A stretch of 64,000 nucleotides of DNA from positions 558,001-622,000 of the forward strand of contig NC_043010.1 in NCBI RefSeq assembly GCF_006345805.1, written 5' to 3'. Positions within the stretch are counted from its first letter, which is position 1; each line of letters begins with the position of its first letter. The stretch comes from Octopus sinensis (lineage: Eukaryota). A program made the position numbers and the translations under genes. Below, in pieces: positions 27,421 to 41,380 of the stretch. The notes under the pieces are model-generated. The model was not told where the DNA came from. It did not search any database and saw nothing but the letters and a program-made list of their open reading frames with translations.

Positions 27421-29299
27421 AAAGTCTCAGCTTATTTTGCTGGGTCTGATGGAAAGTGTTATTTTGTAAGGTACAACAAAGAGAAAAATACAACACAAAC
27501 TAAAGTCTAACAAAACTTCACTTTGGATGGTTGATCTACATCAGCAATTTAAACAACAAACCCCACAAAAGACAAACACAAAAAAAAACTGTTAATGAAA
27601 TTTTGTAAAATAAAATGTGTATGTCATGAAGAAGAGAGGTGAGTTCCTAAATTTTGGACAGAGACAATCGTCTTTGAAGAAATGAGAAAATGTGTGTAAA
27701 AAAAATCTATTGATGTTTTTGTAATTGTTGCTTAATTGTGTTGTTGTTGCTCTGATTGTAGCTGTTTAGCCCTAAATCGAAGTGAAACTAATCTGTGATG
27801 AAAGCTAATCTAGCGTTGACCATGATATCGTTTTCCCTTGAATGAATAAGATTCTGATTTATTCCTCCTTCTTTAACTTTCCTATTAACCTCGGCTGCTG
27901 TTGAAGGAGGTTCGGTACTGGGGGAGCTGTTTACCCTTCCCTATCTAAATATTTAGCTCATATAGGTTCTTCTGTTGACTTGGCTAGATTGAGTGACCAC
28001 AGGAGCTTCCACATTAAACCGTGTTGTTGTTGTTTTAACTCCAGGTTAGTCTTGATTGATTAAAGCTGTGATTAAGACCATTCTAGTATTGACCCTCCCC
28101 ATCCAATTCCCCTTTTTATATAATTCACAGACTACATTGTCAAATCATCATCATCATCATCATCATCACTGTCGTTGTTGTTATTATTATTTAATATCCG
28201 TTTTCCATTCTGGCTTGGGTTACATGGTTTGATAAGGTCTAACAAGTTACAGAGTTGCATTAGAATCCAGTGTCAGTTTTGGCATGATTTCTCTGGCTGT
28301 TTGCCCTTCTTAATGCCAACCACTTTACAGTATGTATTGGTTTTTTTTTCATGATCTTGATATTTCTAATTTTACTCTGTTTCTTTGGTATCCACTCTAC
28401 TACTAGATGGGATTGCAAAGTCAGTGTTGTTACACTGTTTGCCCTTGTTAACTTGGTAGAATCGGTAGAGCATCTGTCAAAATGTCTTTCAGTATTTAAT
28501 TATATCTCTTTATGTTATGAGTTCAAATCTTGGTGAATTCAATTTTGCCTTTCATCTCTCTTGGCTCATTAAAACAAGTTTCTTTTAAAATAATTCATCA
28601 TTTTTAGTATCCTCTTGTGTTTCCATAAAGTGTAGTCACAAGATAAAACAATCTGGAAACTCAACATTGACCAATCTTCTTTCACTATTGGTCCCTATCT
28701 CTAGCTTTGTTAAATCTAATATTTTAGGTCAGACCCTTATTAACTTGAAAAATGTGTGTCCCCCTACAAAGCTCTTTTGACATCATAATATATTTGTGTT
28801 AATTCAATCCAGCTGTGCACTCTCCACAAAATGTTTCCCATGTTCCAATATGAGAAGTTTGTGGGGTTTTCATGAGCTGCCCTCCGAAGCCAAGAGACTT
28901 TTGGAGAATTATTCATTGTTATAATTTTTATTGTTTTTGTTGTACATAATGTATACATGTAAAAACCTTTGTTTCTATGTATGTATTTTCTTCTGTTTCT
29001 TTGCAAATGTCTTTTGTATCATTCTACGTAGGCCTTTGGGGCCAATTATTGTTGTCAGAATTATTTATTATATGTTTGGCTTTTGCTTCGTATTTGTACA
29101 AGTTGACTCCAAGTCTCACCCAGAGACCTCAAGAGACAACAAGTTAGAAGTTCAAGTTGGTATTATGACTAGGGTTCCATATTTTTAGTTTTAATTTTGC
29201 ACAAAATATTGTTCTAGTGAATGTCTGTGAAAACACAAGAAAATTAGAAGTTTGTTCTAAAAGTAATTTGGTTATAATATGATAGTGTGATGTTAAGAT

Positions 29300-29340
<41 letters not shown>

Positions 29341-29341
29341 T

Positions 29342-29848
29342 GGGTGGTGAGCTGGCAGAGTCGTTAGCCTGCTGGATGAAATGCTTAGCGATATTTCACC
29401 CATCGCTACATTCTGAGTTCAAATTCCGCTGAGGTTAACTTTGTATGCCATCCTTTTGGGATCGATAAATTTAGTACCAGTGAAATTCTGGGGCTGATGT
29501 AACCGACTAGTCCACTCCCCCAAAATTTGAACTGAAAGCGTATAAGCATTTTGTCAGATGTGCGAACAATTCTTTTAGCTCACCATCTTTACTCTTTTAC
29601 ATGTTTGTGCCTACAATAGAAAGGATTTATTTTTAAGGTGGCAAACTGGCAGAATTGTTAGCATGCTGGGCAAAATGCTTAGTGGTATTTCACCTGTTGC
29701 TATGATCTGAGTTCAAATTCTGCCGAGGTCGACTTTGCTCTTCATCCTTTCAGGGTCAATAAATTAAGTACCAGTTGTGTATTAGGGTTGATCTAACCGA
29801 CTAACCCCCTCCCTCCATATTTCAGGCCTCGTGCCTATAGTACAAAGG

Positions 29849-29895
<47 letters not shown>

Positions 29896-30353
29896 CATTA
29901 AGGTAGTGAGCTGGAAGAATCTTTAGCACTTTGGACAATATGCTTATTAGTAGCATTTCTTCTAGCTTTTCACATTCTGAGTTCAAATTCTTCCTAGGCT
30001 GACTTTAGTTTTCATCCTTACATGCTCAATAAAATAAGTACCACTTGATTACTGGAGCCAATGAAATTGAATCCATCCAACTAAAATTGCATGTTTTGAG
30101 TCAAAATTTTAAACCATTATTATCATTATTATTATTAAGATGGTGAGCTAAAAGAATTGTTTGCACATCTGACAAAATGCTAAGTGAGATTTCTTTGAGC
30201 TTTCAGTTCAAATTCTGCTGAGGTTCACTTTCCCTTACATCCTTTTGGGGAAAGATAAAATAAATACCAGTTGAGCACTAGAGCCAATGAAATTGAATCT
30301 CCTGTCCCTAAAATTGGTGGCCTTGTGCCAAAATTTAAAACCATTATTAATAT

Positions 30354-30394
<41 letters not shown>

Positions 30395-30610
30395 TTATTA
30401 TTACTATTATTAATTATTATTAGGTAGTGAGCTGAAATGTTTAGTGGTGTTTTGTCCATTTTTATGTTTTGAGTTCAAATTCCGCTATGATTGACCTTGA
30501 TGTTCATTCTTTTGGGGATGATAAATTAAGTACCAGTGAAGCCCTGGGGTTGATGTGATCGACTATCTCCTTGCCCCAAATTTCAGGCCTTGTGCCTATA
30601 ATAGAAAGGA
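29342..30610 (+). mobile_element. Head-to-tail cluster of about 5 SINE family A copies joined by (ATT)n
   Basis: Copies start at about 29342, 29637, 29901, 30139 and 30422. Confidence 0.8.
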
Positions 30611-30615
30611 TTATT

Positions 30616-30719
<104 letters not shown>

Positions 30720-30808
30720 CATTATTATTATTATTATCGTATTCATAATATTGTACCTAAGATTATTTTTTCCTTTTTTTTTCCTTTTCTTCTTCTTGTT
30801 TTCTTTAG

Positions 30809-31173
30809 GAATCTATGCTTGCCCACCAGAACAGTTACCGAACTCAGCTACGAAAGGCCAATCACAATTTATCAATAGACCTAAAGTTACAGGCACCACG
30901 CGGCCTGCATGCCAGCCAAATGTAGACAAGAAAATTTCATGTAACGACATCATTGATCTCAAATCGATTTCAGCAGCAAACCCCAACTCTCTAACTGGAA
31001 CAAACTCTTGGAATTTGCCTTTCCGAAACAGCTTTACTTCATATGCCAAGCCTCTGCCAGCAGTTCCAAAGATGCCATCCTTACCAACTTCCACAAAGTT
31101 GTCCCCACCAGCCAAACACTTAAAAGGGGGTTTATCAAATATGATGCTTCATCATGAGACAGCTACATCATGA
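30809..31173 (+). CDS. Candidate alternative terminal exon C: GIYACPPEQLPNSATKG...MMLHHETATS* (about 121 aa, S/T/P-rich)
   Basis: Long polypyrimidine tract ending ttttctttag at 30808; 365 nt of unique sequence open in phase 1 (tail of ORF 30571..31173). A phase-0 reading (ESMLAHQNSYRTQ...HASQM*) is also possible. Confidence 0.6.
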
Positions 31174-31640
31174 AAACAGCTTCTGTTTATTTCCCCCAAC
31201 TAATATGTTCCTGATATGCACAAATACATAACTGCATATGTGAGTGTATATATGAATGTATTATTATATATCAATATATGAATATATATATGTATAATGG
31301 AAAACAGACTGGATGATGATCCTCCACATGCCGCTCTAAACACACCCTATAGTAATCATACAACAAACTGTACACAAGATATTCTATATATATATTTATA
31401 TATATATACATATACATATATATGTATATATGCAAGTGTGTGTGATTGGGATTACAAATTTAACTCCATATCCGAAGTGTATGATGGACTAAGTATACCA
31501 GGACAGTAATATTATTATATAATATATATATGGAAGTCAAATGGACTCAACACACACAGATTGTTCTAGTGTGTGCATGTGTGTTTTTTTATATATATTT
31601 CCACACAAAAACACACACATGTACACTTGTAGATACACAT

Positions 31641-31970
31641 ACATCGACCTATATATGTGTGGTTAGGCATCAATAATATATACATAGACCTATATATACA
31701 CATCGACCTATATATGTGTGGTTAGGCATCAATAATATATATATAGACCTATATATACACATCGACCTATATATGTGTGGTTAGGCATCAATAATATATA
31801 CATAGACCTATATATACACATCGACCTATATATGTGTGGTTAGGCATCAATAATATATATATAGACCTATATATACACATCGACCTATATATGTGTGGTT
31901 AGGCATCAATAATATATACATAGACCTATATATACACATCGACCTATATATGTGTGGTTAGGCATCAATA
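31641..31970. repeat. Minisatellite, about 5.6 x 59 bp, with alternating variants
   Basis: catcgacc starts at 31642, 31701, 31760, 31819, 31878 and 31937. Confidence 0.95.
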
Positions 31971-32149
31971 AATATACATTTATTATAGATTTATATGTAA
32001 CTTACATACACATATATATATTCATACATACACATGCACAAAAGTGCATATACATATATGTTTATTAGAAGGCAAGTGTGTGTGTATGTGTGTATACACA
32101 CACACACACACAGATATAAATGAATGCACTCACATACACATTGAATAAT

Positions 32150-32640
32150 GAAGTTTGAAAGAGGCACATTACTTGATGCAATTAGAATATGATCCACCAA
32201 TATATTCAGTAAGTCTGCTTTTTACCATCACACGAGTTTACTCGATTTAGACCATGCATATATATTCCAAGATTGTTTGCAGTGCTGCTATTAGATGATT
32301 GTCACCAACATCTGTGAATCAAGCCTCTGTGTCTGCTCAAGTTATTACCAATATCTTCTTCATATAATCACAACTGAGATGCTTTTCCTTGTATTGTTAC
32401 ATGAATCTTTGCCATACATAAGTTTACTAGCCTCAGCTTAATATCATGTGTTGAGTAGACTTTGTGCCCTATTAGGATGCTGTGGTATCAAAATCCCAAC
32501 GCCCAGTTTGGTTTGGTGATCAGCACAATAGCAGTGGCCAGTAAAGCCTAACCTACATTGTATGACATTAAAGGAGATGGATGCAATGTGTCCATGAATC
32601 TCCGCATTTGTCTTGTGTTCCCACATGAGGGTGCTCTCTT
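32150..32640 (-). mobile_element. Degenerate RTE-group LINE fragments
   Basis: WEHKTNAEIHGHIASIS...CRLGFTGHCY resembles the RTE C-terminal RRL.FAGHC motif; a VDHIL APE-like remnant lies nearby. Confidence 0.45.
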
Positions 32641-32734
32641 CCTCTTCGTCATCACCAACCCATGGACATCACTGGTTTGAATCCTACAACTCCTAGGGCT
32701 AGTTACCTGTTTACCTGTGCATAAGTGACAAATA

Positions 32735-32997
32735 TTCTTTTATTTTTTTTCTTGTTTCAGTTATTTGACTGTGGGCATGCTGGAGCACCACCTTAAAGGT
32801 TTTTTTTTTTAATATTGAGTCGAAGAAATTGACCCCCAGGACTTATTTCTTGTACTAATTCTATAGGTCACTTTTGCTGAACCATTAAGGTACAGGAACG
32901 TAAACACTACAACATTGGTTGTCAAACGATGGTGGGGGAAAGCCAAATACACATAAATACATACATACACACACGCACACATACATACATACATACA

Positions 32998-33031
<34 letters not shown>

Positions 33032-33195
33032 CGACATGCTTCTTTCAAACTCTGTCTACCAAATCCACTCATGAAGCTTTGGTCGGCCTGAGGCTATAGT
33101 GGAAGAACTTGCCCAAGGTGCCATACAATGGGACTGAACCTGGAACCATGTGGTTGGGAAGCAAGCTTCTTACCACACAGCTAAGCCTGCACCTA
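32735..33195 (-). mobile_element. SINE family B
   Basis: Reverse complement of family B with internal (CATA)n. Confidence 0.8.
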
Positions 33196-33739
33196 TAACA
33201 ATCCCCTTGAATGGAAGGGTTACTCATTTACAGTTGAGTGAACTGGAAAAATGTGAAACGAAGAGTTTTGCTCAAGAACACAATGGTCCAATAATCAAAG
33301 CTATTAGGTCATGCACCTTCATGAGGTGTTTTGGGTCTTCAGAAATTGAGACTTTGACTCCATAGAGAGGAAGGAGTACTCTCTACACATGTTGTGATGA
33401 AGAAGGTCAACCTTGTTGAATTTGAAATATCTGGTTGATGTGACATTACGTAAGATACACATGTCACCCATAATTACAATTTTCCTAACACAAGGTGGGC
33501 GTCTGACATTTCTAAACTATTTTGTGAGATGTGTGCAAATTGGAGTTTTACTTTTGTTTCTTTTCTTTTTTTTTTTCCTGATTTGGCACACTGTCAGGTT
33601 CAGCAGTTATTAGAGGATAAAGGAGATTTTGTAGGATTTTACTGATGCAAATCAGTGTTAGGATAACAAATCATCAGCCATAGATGAGGAAAAATGGTGA
33701 TGATGAAAAGGACTATGAGGATGATGACGATGATGATGA

Positions 33740-34020
33740 TGATGATGAAATGAAAATGAGTGGGTGGTGATGGATGTGGGACAATGGTGATTGTAATTAT
33801 AGGGAGAATGATGATGATGATGATAATGCTGAGAAGTGAGAGGAGAGCAAGAAGGTCAGTGAAGAGTGATGACGACGACGATGATGATGATGACGATGAT
33901 GATGATGAAGATGGTGATGATGAAATGAGAACAAGTGGGTGGTGATGGATGTGGGACAATGATGATGGTAATTATAGAATGATGTTGATGATGATAATGC
34001 TGAAAAGTGAGAGGAGAATG
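33740..34020. repeat. Local direct duplication (about 175-bp offset) in a GAT-rich tract
   Basis: gtgggtggtgatggatgtgggacaatg...gataatgctga occurs twice. Confidence 0.8.
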
Positions 34021-34559
34021 AGAGGGTTGGTGATGAGGACATGATGACAATGATAATGATAATGATGATAATGTCAACAATGCTGGGGAGAAATTTGATA
34101 TAAGAAGTGGCATAAATTTTCTATGCAGAGGTCTTGCCTGTTGCCAAATATACAGACATATATCTACGTGCAGATAAGCAAGCATATGAAATACACATGC
34201 AAAAGTACATATGTAATTACATAATATTGATATATGAATCTATCTATCTCCATCAATACTTTAAACATATGTTCCAGGTGATGCTATTAAGTTAGTCATA
34301 GCATGGGCTGACATTGACTGAAACCAATGGAAGTGATCTAAGCCATAACATCACATCTCTTCCCCTCTCTCTACTGTTAATAGAAATAACATCCTAAAAG
34401 TAATGAGGGCATTTTTAGGTAAACTTCACTGAAAGTTCCTAATAAATTTATACTTTAACAGAATTATGTCAAACACAGTGGAAAGTTTTGAATTAATATA
34501 ATATATTATATAATGCTTACGATAAGATATATAGATATACAAGATTTTAACAAAACATG

Positions 34560-34855
34560 TATAAATAAAAAAGCATATGTCTGTGCACACCTTTCAATGC
34601 AATGTATGTCAGGAGGTTTGCAAATCTAATGGAGACCTCAAAAGACATTTTAAGATCCACAAAGATCAGAATTTATCTGCAGCTCTTGGTGGTCCAAATC
34701 AGATGTGCAATCTTTGTGGGTGTCTTTTCAGAACATTGTCTGCTTTAAAAAGCCACATCAGACGCCATGATGGTTCTAAGGTATAGGTACAGGAGGTGGT
34801 CGAACTCTGCATAAGGAGTAGACATCCATCGGGTATACATACATACATACATGTT
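34560..34855 (+). mobile_element. 3' end of an RTE-like LINE with two C2H2 zinc fingers
   Basis: ORF 34577..34786 has two C-x2-C-x12-H-x3-H motifs, a short 3' UTR and then a (TACA)n tail; there is no TGEKPY linker. Confidence 0.6.
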
Positions 34856-34927
34856 TGTAGGTGTAAATATATATATATGTATATACATACATACATACAT
34901 ACATACATACATACACAAACACACACA

Positions 34928-34966
<39 letters not shown>

Positions 34967-35493
34967 ATATAGTTACCAATTGATGTGTTTGGTAACAAAC
35001 TCTTAAGACAGTGCCATGGCCCGAGCTATGTTCTCTAATTTAAGCTTTTACATACCAGCACTGATAGTTGACACTGGTTCTTTGTATAGACAATGTTGGA
35101 AGTATGAGAAAGTGAGGGAGGGGATGAGGCAGACTGGTGTATATATAGATATATATCTATATCTATATATATATATACATACATGTGTATATGTATCTAT
35201 ATGTATGAATATTTATATATGTTATGGGCTTCTATATATATTTGTATATATTCATGTGTGGATTCATGTTTCCATATTGACATTTAAAAGTGTATATAAT
35301 TGTATAAATATGTATATATTATAATGTGGATTTTTGTGTCTGTACATATATACACACACAAACATACATACATATATACACACTCAAACACATATACACA
35401 CAAGTATATATATATGTATATATGACATGAAATGAATAATTATAAGAATGAAAATATACTGCTGCTCAATGTGTGTGTATGTATATATATATA

Positions 35494-35622
<129 letters not shown>

Positions 35623-36417
35623 TTTCTATTTCAATTATTCTATTTGAAGAGTTGATTCTATATGAGAATGTGCGTGTGTTTGTGTATACATTGGACTATG
35701 TGTGTATGTCATAGTATATCTGTGTGTCTGTGTTGAATGTGTGTATGTATTAATGCTTGCTTGCTTACCTGATTATATAAACACTGACAACAGTTCTACA
35801 GTTTTATACACAAATGTCCTTAGCAACAAGAATTCCAGCCTGTCTGTATGTAACTTGTAACTACGTGTATAAATATACCTACATATAAATACATGCACAC
35901 AGACACACACACATATTTTCACACATATATGTATATATGTATTATATAGATTATATATATATATACATATATACACATGCACACCCACACAAATACATAT
36001 GTGTATGCATATACACACACACACACATGCATGCATAAACACACATACACACATATGTGCATATATATAATCATATATATATATATATATATATATAAAT
36101 GATTGTGTATGTGTAGATATACAAATACACATTTATCTGTATATTTATGTGTGTTCATGTATGTCTGTGTATATATACATGTGTACATGTGTATACAAGT
36201 CTGTGTTTGAATCGGTAATTTTCACACACACACACACACACATACACACACACACACATACACACACACTTACAGACACTCATTAATACCTTTTCTCAAC
36301 TAAAATATATTTAAATAATAACCTTTTTTTTCTTATTTTTTTTGGTATTATCTGCCTTTCCTCCTAACATTTTCTTCTTGTAATTTATATTTTTTAAGAC
36401 TTTGAAAAATATCTGTA

Positions 36418-36471
<54 letters not shown>

Positions 36472-37279
36472 TAATTATTCTAGTATTATTATTAATACTA
36501 TCATAATTGCTGTTAATATTATTATTGCTATTATTAAATATTACCACCTGCTCTCGTCCTTATTTTTGTTTTTCTCTTGATGAGTAGAAAAAAGCAAAAT
36601 CAAAATATGTCAAAATCAATGAGCAAATATACCATTAAAAAATAATTTTTTTGTTTTTTAATTTTATTCATCTTTTTATTGAAAGATTTAAAAAAAAAGA
36701 TATTTTTAATAAAATGACTCCCAGAAAAATAAAAAAAAAAACGTGTTTAATCTTTCTTCTCTTTGATTTTTATCTTTTGAAATATTTATTCTTCAGAATT
36801 TGATTCTCTTCATATTCGGTGTGTCAATCAGTTTTTACATCTCACTAACCACCAACCATTGAGCTCTAATTATCACATGACAAATGAGAGATTCATAACC
36901 ATCAAAAGAAAATGCCAAAAAAAAGCAGAAATGTAATAATATTAATTTTGATGATGGTGATGGTAATAAATTGGAGATAAATTAATTTTGTAAAATTTTA
37001 CCCATCATGCATCACAAAGTGAAGTGTAAGACTAAGATTCAACATCCAAAAGAAGGACATCCGGTTGATTAACAAATGCTCATTTATTGATATGCTACAG
37101 TTACTAGTGAAGTGCAGGGTAGCATGTTTAAAGTAATGAATTAAAAAAGAAGTTTGTTTTAACCATTTCAACCACTGTGACTAGAAAGAAAATATATTAA
37201 TGCAGTGCTCCAGCATGGCCACAGTCAAAAGACTGAAGCAAGTGAAAAAATAGATAAACAAATAAAAATATGTATAATA

Positions 37280-37555
37280 ATATTTTATAAGTTTAAAGCT
37301 GATAAGCGATCACCGTAACTAAAGAAAATAGTCTAATTAGGGGCATAGAAGCCTTCGATGGGAAAAAGTGGGTTTTCTGTGGGACACAAACCAACACTTG
37401 TCATGAAAACACAAAAACAAAGAGCTGTGGGTTTGAATCCCGTGCATACAGAAACCCTATGGTTTTACCTTTGAGGGCTCATATGACTTAATATTAGACT
37501 ATTTTCTTTAGTCATAGCATGGTGATCACTTATAAGGTTTAAACTTATCAAATAT
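37280..37555. mobile_element. MITE-like element with about 60-bp imperfect terminal inverted repeats
   Basis: 37280-37337 matches the reverse complement of 37494-37555 (ataagtttaaa...gatcacc...actaaagaaaatagtctaat). Confidence 0.65.
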
Positions 37556-37609
37556 CATAATTATTATTTACAGATTTGCAAAAATCGACACTGCTTACCA
37601 AAAAACCAT

Positions 37610-37653
<44 letters not shown>

Positions 37654-37671
37654 ATGGTTTTATATATATAT

Positions 37672-37902
37672 ATTTTTTTACTCTTTTATTCTTTTATTTG
37701 TTTCAGTCATTTGATTGCGGCCATGCTGGAGCACCACCTTTAGTCGAAACAAATTGACCCCCAGGACTTATTATTTTGTATGTCTTGTAATTATTTTATC
37801 GGTCTCTTTTGCTGAACCGCTAAGTTACAGGGACGTAAACAAACCAGCATCGGTTGTCGAGCGATGTTGGGGGACAAACACAGACATACAAACACACACA
37901 CA

Positions 37903-37975
<73 letters not shown>

Positions 37976-37978
37976 CGT
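37672..37978 (-). mobile_element. SINE family B, 3' half
   Basis: Tail and right half up to the internal microsatellite. Confidence 0.75.
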
Positions 37979-38030
37979 ACATCTTACGATCATGATGCTG
38001 ATACCCTAATCACTAAGCCACGCACCTCCA

Positions 38031-38264
38031 CAAATGCGCCCTTTTAAAGCCTAACCAGGCTCATGGGCCCGGTTTCCCGGTTTATATGGCGTATGTGTTC
38101 CCCAGTCCATCGCAGAGTTACTCATTTTTGCCAGCTGAGTGAACTGGAGCAACGTGAAATGAAGTGTATTGCTCAAGAACACAACGCGTCACCCGGTCTA
38201 GGAATCGAAACCATATTCTTACAATCATGGTGCTGACACTCTAACCACTAAGCCATGCACCTCC
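38031..38264 (-). mobile_element. tRNA-derived SINE family C
   Basis: Minus strand reads ggaggtgcatggcttagtggttagagtg...ggtttcgattcc...gttcttgagcaatacacttcatttcacgttgctccag. Other copies at about 3215-3460(-), 6840-7045(+), 40355-40570(+), 58085-58186(-), 58213-58312(+) and 60365-60600(+). Confidence 0.8.
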
Positions 38265-38821
38265 ACAGATATCAATTTACAGATATATAAATTAGACATT
38301 AAGTATCAACTTCAAAGACCTGCAGTAGCCATGAACATTGTCCCTTCGTTTTTAGCTGCCTTAGTAATGAAAGAAGACATTCTAACACTAATTTTTTTTC
38401 TCTCTGTATGTACATATATTTACTATTTACACACGCACACACACACACACATACATACACACACACATAAACGAGCAAACAAGGAACTTATAATAAATAC
38501 CTTCAGATAATTTAATAAAGTATTGAATAACAAGATATTAGAGCAGTATAAAAAAATACTTTTAAAAAATCTTTAAATATGAAAATAGAAGTTATTAAAA
38601 ATAAGAGATGAAAATATTAACAAACATGTTAATTTATTACGTCTAAAAGTAATAAATTACACAGGCATTTTGGCTGTTGTAAGAAATGTTATATTCTTCA
38701 CACGTCTATCCACTGACGTTTTCTGTGTCTTCGTAATTTAAATATCTAAATCCGTTAAATCTGAGAGATGAATGACTGTTTATCAGATTATAACTATTTA
38801 AAATGTATATAAGTATATACT

Positions 38822-39033
38822 GATTTCAAATTTTGGCGCAAGACCAGCAAATTCGGAAAGGGGTTAAGTCGATTACATCTACCCTAGTGCTCGACTGGTA
38901 CTTATTTTATCGAGCCTGAAAGGATGAAAGGCTAAGTCGATCTCGGCTGAATTTGAACTCAGAACGTAAAGACGGATGAACTATCGCTAAGCATTTTGTC
39001 CAGCGTGCTAACGATTCTACCAGTTCGCCGCCT
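38822..39033 (-). mobile_element. SINE family A
   Basis: Reverse complement of family A. Confidence 0.8.
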
Positions 39034-39037
39034 TATA

Positions 39038-39356
39038 TCTATAATAATAAACATAAAATTCTGTCTGTCCGCCCGTCCGGGACCCCTGTATCTCAGTCCA
39101 CATTTGCTGTACATTAATATATACTTTTGTGGAATCAGGATGATTCCGGGATTGAAAATATGTTCTTAATTTGGTTCTTGGGATCAGGTCTGGGTGAGGA
39201 TTCGCTGAAAATAACAATTTCAAAAGAACTCCAATAATTTGTGAACTTACAAGCTTTTCCTTTCAACCGTATTGGTAGGGTATCAATGAATGCTTTATTA
39301 TTATTGTTCTCTTTAGTTTTGGGTCGCAGGCCCAATTATCCCACCGCAAGAGCTAG
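39038..39356 (+). mobile_element. Non-autonomous Helitron-like element
   Basis: A|TC start (tctataataataaa), subterminal hairpin ttgggtc-gca-ggcccaa and CTAG end; a homologous 5' portion lies on the minus strand at about 60215-60362. Confidence 0.55.
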
Positions 39357-39416
39357 CTTAAAAGTCCGCTGTCATCAATGTTGTAGTGAATTGCTTAAAT
39401 CAGCCATATGCCCTTC

Positions 39417-39540
<124 letters not shown>

Positions 39541-40593
39541 TATATAAATATAATCAAAATAAGCAACAAGTATATCCGAGGTAGAGTGGTACAATTGTTT
39601 CATGTTACTTCATTTTATTAAACACTGTAAGTATTACATCAGTTTTGAAATGCCGAGCAATCTTCAGCCACTTATAGAAATTTTCCAATCAAACGGACAA
39701 TGCAAATTCTTATCTTTATTTCGTTTGCCAACATTATAAAGAGGGTAGATATATAGACAGAGAGGTTGATTTTATTCTTAAGAACATGATAGCAGTAAAT
39801 TTACGCTCTGACTAGATTTTTTCACTTTGTAATTTAGATCTGTCAGTGGGGAGGGGGATTTTATTTTTGGCTGGATGTCTCCATCCAACCAAAAACGAAA
39901 TTTGAGAAAATAGTTTCTCGTTTTGACGAGTAAGTAAAGAAAGTACACATATTCGTAATTTTAAGCAGACTACACCTTGACTTGTTACTATGGAATCAAG
40001 CAGCAATGTGTCTGTAGCTTTGGATTGGCTAAAATTATCCAAAATTTACAAACTTTAAAAGCTATTAACTTATTATTTATTAATTTATGGCGAAAATGAA
40101 TTACTTTTTCATAGCTAGCATACAAAACTATATCAGTACACCATATTTGAAAACAATTGGAGCAAAATAAAAAATTTTTTAAAGAAAATTGTAACAGCAA
40201 CAGAAAAGATGTCAAGTATAATTGGTAGCTGATGTCAATTTTGGATTCAAACATTTGAACTGTTGTATAACAATCAAAAAGGAAAAAAATAACAAAATGT
40301 TGGGATAAATATCTAGAAAATATTTTCCCGTTTGGATTTATTAAGAGAAGTGAAAGTACGTGACTTAGTGATTAGGATGTTGCACTCACGATGACAAGAT
40401 CGTAGTTTCGGTTCTCGGATCGGGCGGTGCGTTGTGTTCTTCAAAACAAATCACTTCATTTCGAGTTGTTACAACTCGCTCAGCTGCAAATGTGTAAGCC
40501 TACGAGGGAGTGGTATCGCGTTCAGTTGGGAGTGTTGTGATCTATGCCACGGGAACGGAATCCTAAGACTGGAGACAGTAAAATTCATGCTAT

Positions 40594-40640
<47 letters not shown>

Positions 40641-40869
40641 AGTGGTGAGAATAATCACACATGTGCATTACAAAACAATTTATATAAAGACGAAGTATTT
40701 AATATGAAAAAAGGCCCATTAATAGATTGAATCACATTAAATTAGGGTCATAACAGTGTGTATAAGGGATTTAAAATGGAGATATAGTAGTCTTGAATGA
40801 TCACAACAAAGAAGATATGTTTATATTACCTTTAATCCGGGTCATGTCTAGCTTTGTTTCTATCTATAT

Positions 40870-41380
40870 ACAAGGCACATATAGTCTCGTTTATCACTGA
40901 TTCACTTATTGCTGATCTGCGATTACACGGTACGCTCAATTGTAAACCATGTCACAGATTGATCTGTGATAACACGAATCGACGGCCAGTCGATGATTCT
41001 GCTTGTACCACAAAGACGCACTTCCTCCATCGATCACCCACAATGCTCAGCCACCCAGAATGCATTGACTATTGCATGCGTTTACACGACCGTGCTGCGA
41101 GGTCGTGTATCTTTGATACGGATTTACTACTCGTACCCATCATCAACAAGGTTCCTCGTTCTAACAAACGACGCAGACCTTTATTAAAGATAAAGTAGAG
41201 ATGAAGAAAATAAGTGACGGTGAAAGCTTCGCCTCTGTCGGCTGCCAGTTCGGTGTCAAAGAATCTACCATTCGTTCCATTTGCAAAATGAGTGGAGTTG
41301 ATTTATCTATTACTGATTCAGTTATCAGAGATTTATCATTTTTAACCAAACTTCCGTGATAAACAAAGATAGACTTGTAA
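40870..41380 (+). mobile_element. Tigger/pogo-like internally deleted element with an HTH remnant
   Basis: 41183-41290 encodes IKDKVEMKKISDGESFASVGCQFGVKESTIRSICKM (psq/CENP-B-type HTH); degenerate inverted ends gtttatcac / gtgataaac. Confidence 0.6.

Noticed and set aside
30813-31115. 100-aa minus-strand ORF
   Set aside because: Antisense shadow of the + strand exon candidate, which has the splice acceptor.
31641-31970. Possible CRISPR-like array (also 1525-1746)
   Set aside because: Units are contiguous with no unique spacers; eukaryotic minisatellites.
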